Positions 60,701-64,000 of a DNA stretch of 64,000 nt are shown here, piece by piece. Source of the DNA: Mizuhopecten yessoensis (taxonomy: Eukaryota); assembly GCF_002113885.1 (NCBI RefSeq), contig NW_018408062.1, forward strand, positions 336,073-400,072, in the 5' to 3' direction. Positions within the stretch are counted from its first letter, which is position 1; each line of letters begins with the position of its first letter. The notes under the pieces were generated by a model. That model was given only the letters and a program-made list of their open reading frames with translations. It had not been told where the DNA came from and did no database searches. The position numbers and the translations under genes are program-made.

Positions 60701-63256
60701 CAGTAAACTATTATAGCTTCGGTAAACAAGTATAGCTTCAGTAAAATGTTATAGCTTCAGTAAACTATTATAGCTTCAGTAAAAAATTTTAGCTTCAGTA
60801 AACTGGTATAGCTTCAGTAAAATGTTATAGCTTCAGTAAACTATTAGAGCCTCAGTAACCTATTATAGCTTCGGTAAACAAGTATAGCTTCAGTAAAATG
60901 TTATAGCTTCAGTAAACTATTAGAGCCTCAGCAAACTATTATAACTTCGGTAAACTAGTATAGCTTCAGTAAAATGTTATAGCTTCAGTAAACTATTAGA
61001 GCCTCAGTAACCTATTATAGCTTCGGTAAACAAGTATAGCTTCAGTAAAATGTTATAGCTTCAGTAAACTATTAGAGCCTCAGCAAACTATTATAACTTC
61101 GGTAAACTAGTATAGCTTCAGTAAAATGTTATAGCTTCAGTAAACTATTAGAGCCTCAGTAAACTATTATAGCTTCGGTAAACAAGTATAGCTTCAGTAA
61201 AATGTTATAGCTTCAGTAAACTATTAGAGCCTCAGCAAACTATTATAACTTCGGTAAACTAGTATAGCTTCAGTAAAATGTTATAGCTTCAGTAAACTAT
61301 TATAGCTTCTGTAAAATTTTATAGCTTCAGTAAACTATTATAGCTTCAGTAAACTATTATAGCTTCAGTAAACTATTATTGCTTCAGTAAACTATCATAG
61401 CTTCAGTAAACTATTAGAGCCTCAGTAAACTATTATAACTTCGGTAAACTAGTATAGCTTCAGTAAAATGTTATAGCTTCAGTAAACTATTATAGCTTCA
61501 GTAAACTGGTATAGCTTCAGTAAAATTTTATAGCTTCGGTAAAATATTATAGCTTCGGTAAACTATTATAGATTCAGTAAACTATTATAGCATCAGTAAA
61601 CTATTATAGCTTCAGTAAACTGTTATAGCGTCAGTAAACTATTATAGCTTCAGTAAACTGTTATATCTTCAGTAAACTATTATAGCTTCAATAAACTTTT
61701 ATAGCTGCAGTAAACTATTATAGCTTCAGTAAACTATTATAGCTTCAGTATAATGTTATAGCTTCAGTAAACTGTGTAGCGTCAGTCAACTGTTATATCT
61801 TCAGTAAACTATTTTAGCTTCAGTAAACTATTATAGTTTCAATAAACCTTTATAGCTTCAGTAAACTATTATAGCTTCAGTAAACTACTATAGCTTCAGT
61901 ATAATTTTATAGCTTCAGTAAACTATGTAGCTTCAGTAAACTGTTATATCTTCAGTAACCTATTTTAGCTTCAGTAAACCATTATAGCTTCAGTAAACTG
62001 TTATAGCTTCACTAAACTATTATAGCTTCCGTAAACTGTTATAGCTTCGGTAAACTATTACAGCTTCAGTAAACTGTTTAGCGTCAGTCAACTTTTATAT
62101 CTTCAGTAAACTAATTTAGCTTCAGTAAACTATTATTGCTTCAGTAAACTATTATAGCTTCAGTATAATGTTATAGCTTCAGTAAACTGTGTAGCGTCAG
62201 TCAACTTTTATAGCTTCAGTAAACTATTTTAGCTTCAGTAAACTATTATAGCTTCAGTAAACTATTATAGCTTCGGTAAACTATTATAGCTTCAGTAAAC
62301 TGTTATATCTTCAGTAAACTATTATAGCTTCAATAAACTTTTATAGCTGCAGTAAACTATTAGAGCTTCAGTAAACTATTATAGCTTCAGTAAACTGCTA
62401 TAGCTTCAGTAAACTGTTATAGCTTCAGTAAACTATTATAGCTTCAGTATAATGTTATAGCTTCAGTAAACTGTGTAGCGTCAGTCAACTGTTATATCTT
62501 CAGTAAACTATTTTAGCTTCAATAAACCTTTATAGCTGCAGTAAACTATTATAGCTTCAGTATAATGTTATAGCTTCAGTAAACTGTGTAGCGTCAGTCA
62601 ACTGTTATATCTTCAGTAAACTATTATAGCTTCAGTAAACTATTAGAGCTTCAGTAAACTATTTTAGCTTCAATAAACGGTTATAGCTTCAGTAAACTGT
62701 TATAGCTTCAGTAAACTATTAGAGCTTCAGTAAACTATTAGAGCTTCAGTAAACTATTATAGCTTCAATAAACTTTTATAGCTGCATTAAACTATTATAG
62801 CTTCAGTAAACTATTATAGCTTCAGTAAACTGTTATAGCTTCAGTAAACTGTTATAGCTTCAGTAAACTATTATAGCTTCAGTAAACTATTAGAGCTTCA
62901 GTAAACTATTTTAGCTTCAATAAACTTTTATAGCTGCAGTAAACTATTATAGCTTCAGTAAACTATTAGAGCTTCAGTAAACTATTAGAGCTTCAGTAAA
63001 CTATTTTAGCTTCAATAAACCTTTATAGCTGCAGTAAACTATTATAGCTTCAGTAAACTATTATAGCTTCCGTAAACTGTTATAGCTTCAGTAAACTGTT
63101 ATAGCTTCAGTAAACTATTATAGCTTCAGTAAACTATTATAGCTTCAGTAAACTATTATAGCTTCAGTAAAAAAAAATAGCTTTAGTAAACTATTATAGC
63201 TTCAGTAAACTATTACAGATGATGGAAACTTTTATAGCTTCAGTAAACTATTATAG
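57718..63256. repeat. 19-bp tandem satellite (AAACTATTATAGCTTCAGT), ~290 copies, 5.5 kb, with local higher-order structure
   Basis: 19-nt periodicity throughout; variant units recur in ordered blocks. Confidence 0.99.
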
Positions 63257-63532
63257 GTTTGGTTTGTAAATATTACTTACGTTAATATTTGGGTACTGTC
63301 TCTAACTTTTGTTGCGTTAATATATACGAATCAGCTAATTATACAGATGGTGTTTACACGATGCAATTCATACACTACTCTACAGCATTGCCTTGTAAAA
63401 TGCATCCCTTTCCTGTTTAATAACTTACGCAGGTTTTACCATCGAAAACCGAGGCCCTACGTTACAAAATGTTTTGGTCGTCATCAGGATTTCCAACTAT
63501 AAAATGTTAATGTTTATTATCATTTAACACGG

Positions 63533-64000
63533 TGTCTGATGTACCGTGACTGTGAGTCCTGCACGATATCTGATGTACCGTGACTCCTGCATGATGTCTT
63601 ATGTACCGTGACTGTATGTCCTGCACGATGTCTGATGTACCGTGACTGTGAGTCCTGCACGATGTCTGATGTACCGGTACTGTCAGTCCTGCACGATGTC
63701 TGATGTACCGTGACTGTGAGTCATGCACGATATCTGATGTACCGTGACTGTGAGTCCTGCGCGATATCTGATGTACCGTGACTCCTGCACGATGTCTGAT
63801 GTACCGTGACTGTGAGTCCTGCACGATATCTGATGTACCGTGACTGTGAGTCATGCACGATGTCTGATGTACCATGACTCCTGCACGATATCTGATGTAC
63901 CGTGACTGTGAGTCCTGCACGATGTCTGATGTACCGGTACTGTCAGTCCTGCACGATGTCTGATGTACCGTGACTGTGAGTCATGCACGATATCTGATGT
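63533..64000. repeat. 34-bp tandem repeat with interspersed 28-bp deletion variants; continues past the window end
   Basis: Unit GATGTCTGATGTACCGTGACTGTGAGTCCTGCAC; the short form lacks GTGAGT. Confidence 0.97.

Noticed and set aside
45900-63256. Common origin of the 20-bp and 19-bp satellites (shared CTTCAG..ACTA)
   Set aside because: Similarity is limited to a few bases in short units and cannot be distinguished from chance.
63440-63495. Minus-strand CTGATGA, possible hammerhead ribozyme
   Set aside because: No closing stem II or GAAA core follows (CTGATGACGACCAAAAC); at best a broken relic.

Overview
AT-rich eukaryotic genomic DNA. The repeat families and gene type suggest an invertebrate, probably a mollusc; this is an inference. 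About a quarter of the window is tandem repeat, with at least 12 different satellite/minisatellite arrays. One host protein-coding gene can be reconstructed with phase-consistent GT-AG splicing: join(13809..13854,16491..16538,18608..18826,19056..19547,19967..20817), 551 aa. It encodes a signal peptide, an IgGFc-binding-protein N-terminal-type domain, paired DxDxDGxxDE acidic motifs, a single TM helix and a short tail. There is one apparently intact two-ORF non-LTR retrotransposon (~4040..8923, RTE-X-like, (GAACTT)3 tail). Its ORF2 follows ORF1 in the same frame after a single TAG and has no usable ATG. Decayed elements include an older LINE remnant, an internally deleted DIRS-type tyrosine-recombinase retrotransposon with its terminal inverted-repeat structure preserved, two Penelope-like RT fragments sharing a dispersed 3' module, and two large solitary hairpins (probably Crypton-type termini). 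Structural oddities are two 31-bp arrays facing each other like a foldback element, an inverted block inside a 35-bp array, and a perfect 19-bp minisatellite that arose inside a dispersed repeat. The long ORFs in 118..3186 and in other arrays are repeat artefacts. No rRNA, tRNA or CRISPR array was found. All family assignments come from motif recognition by eye, not from database searches.
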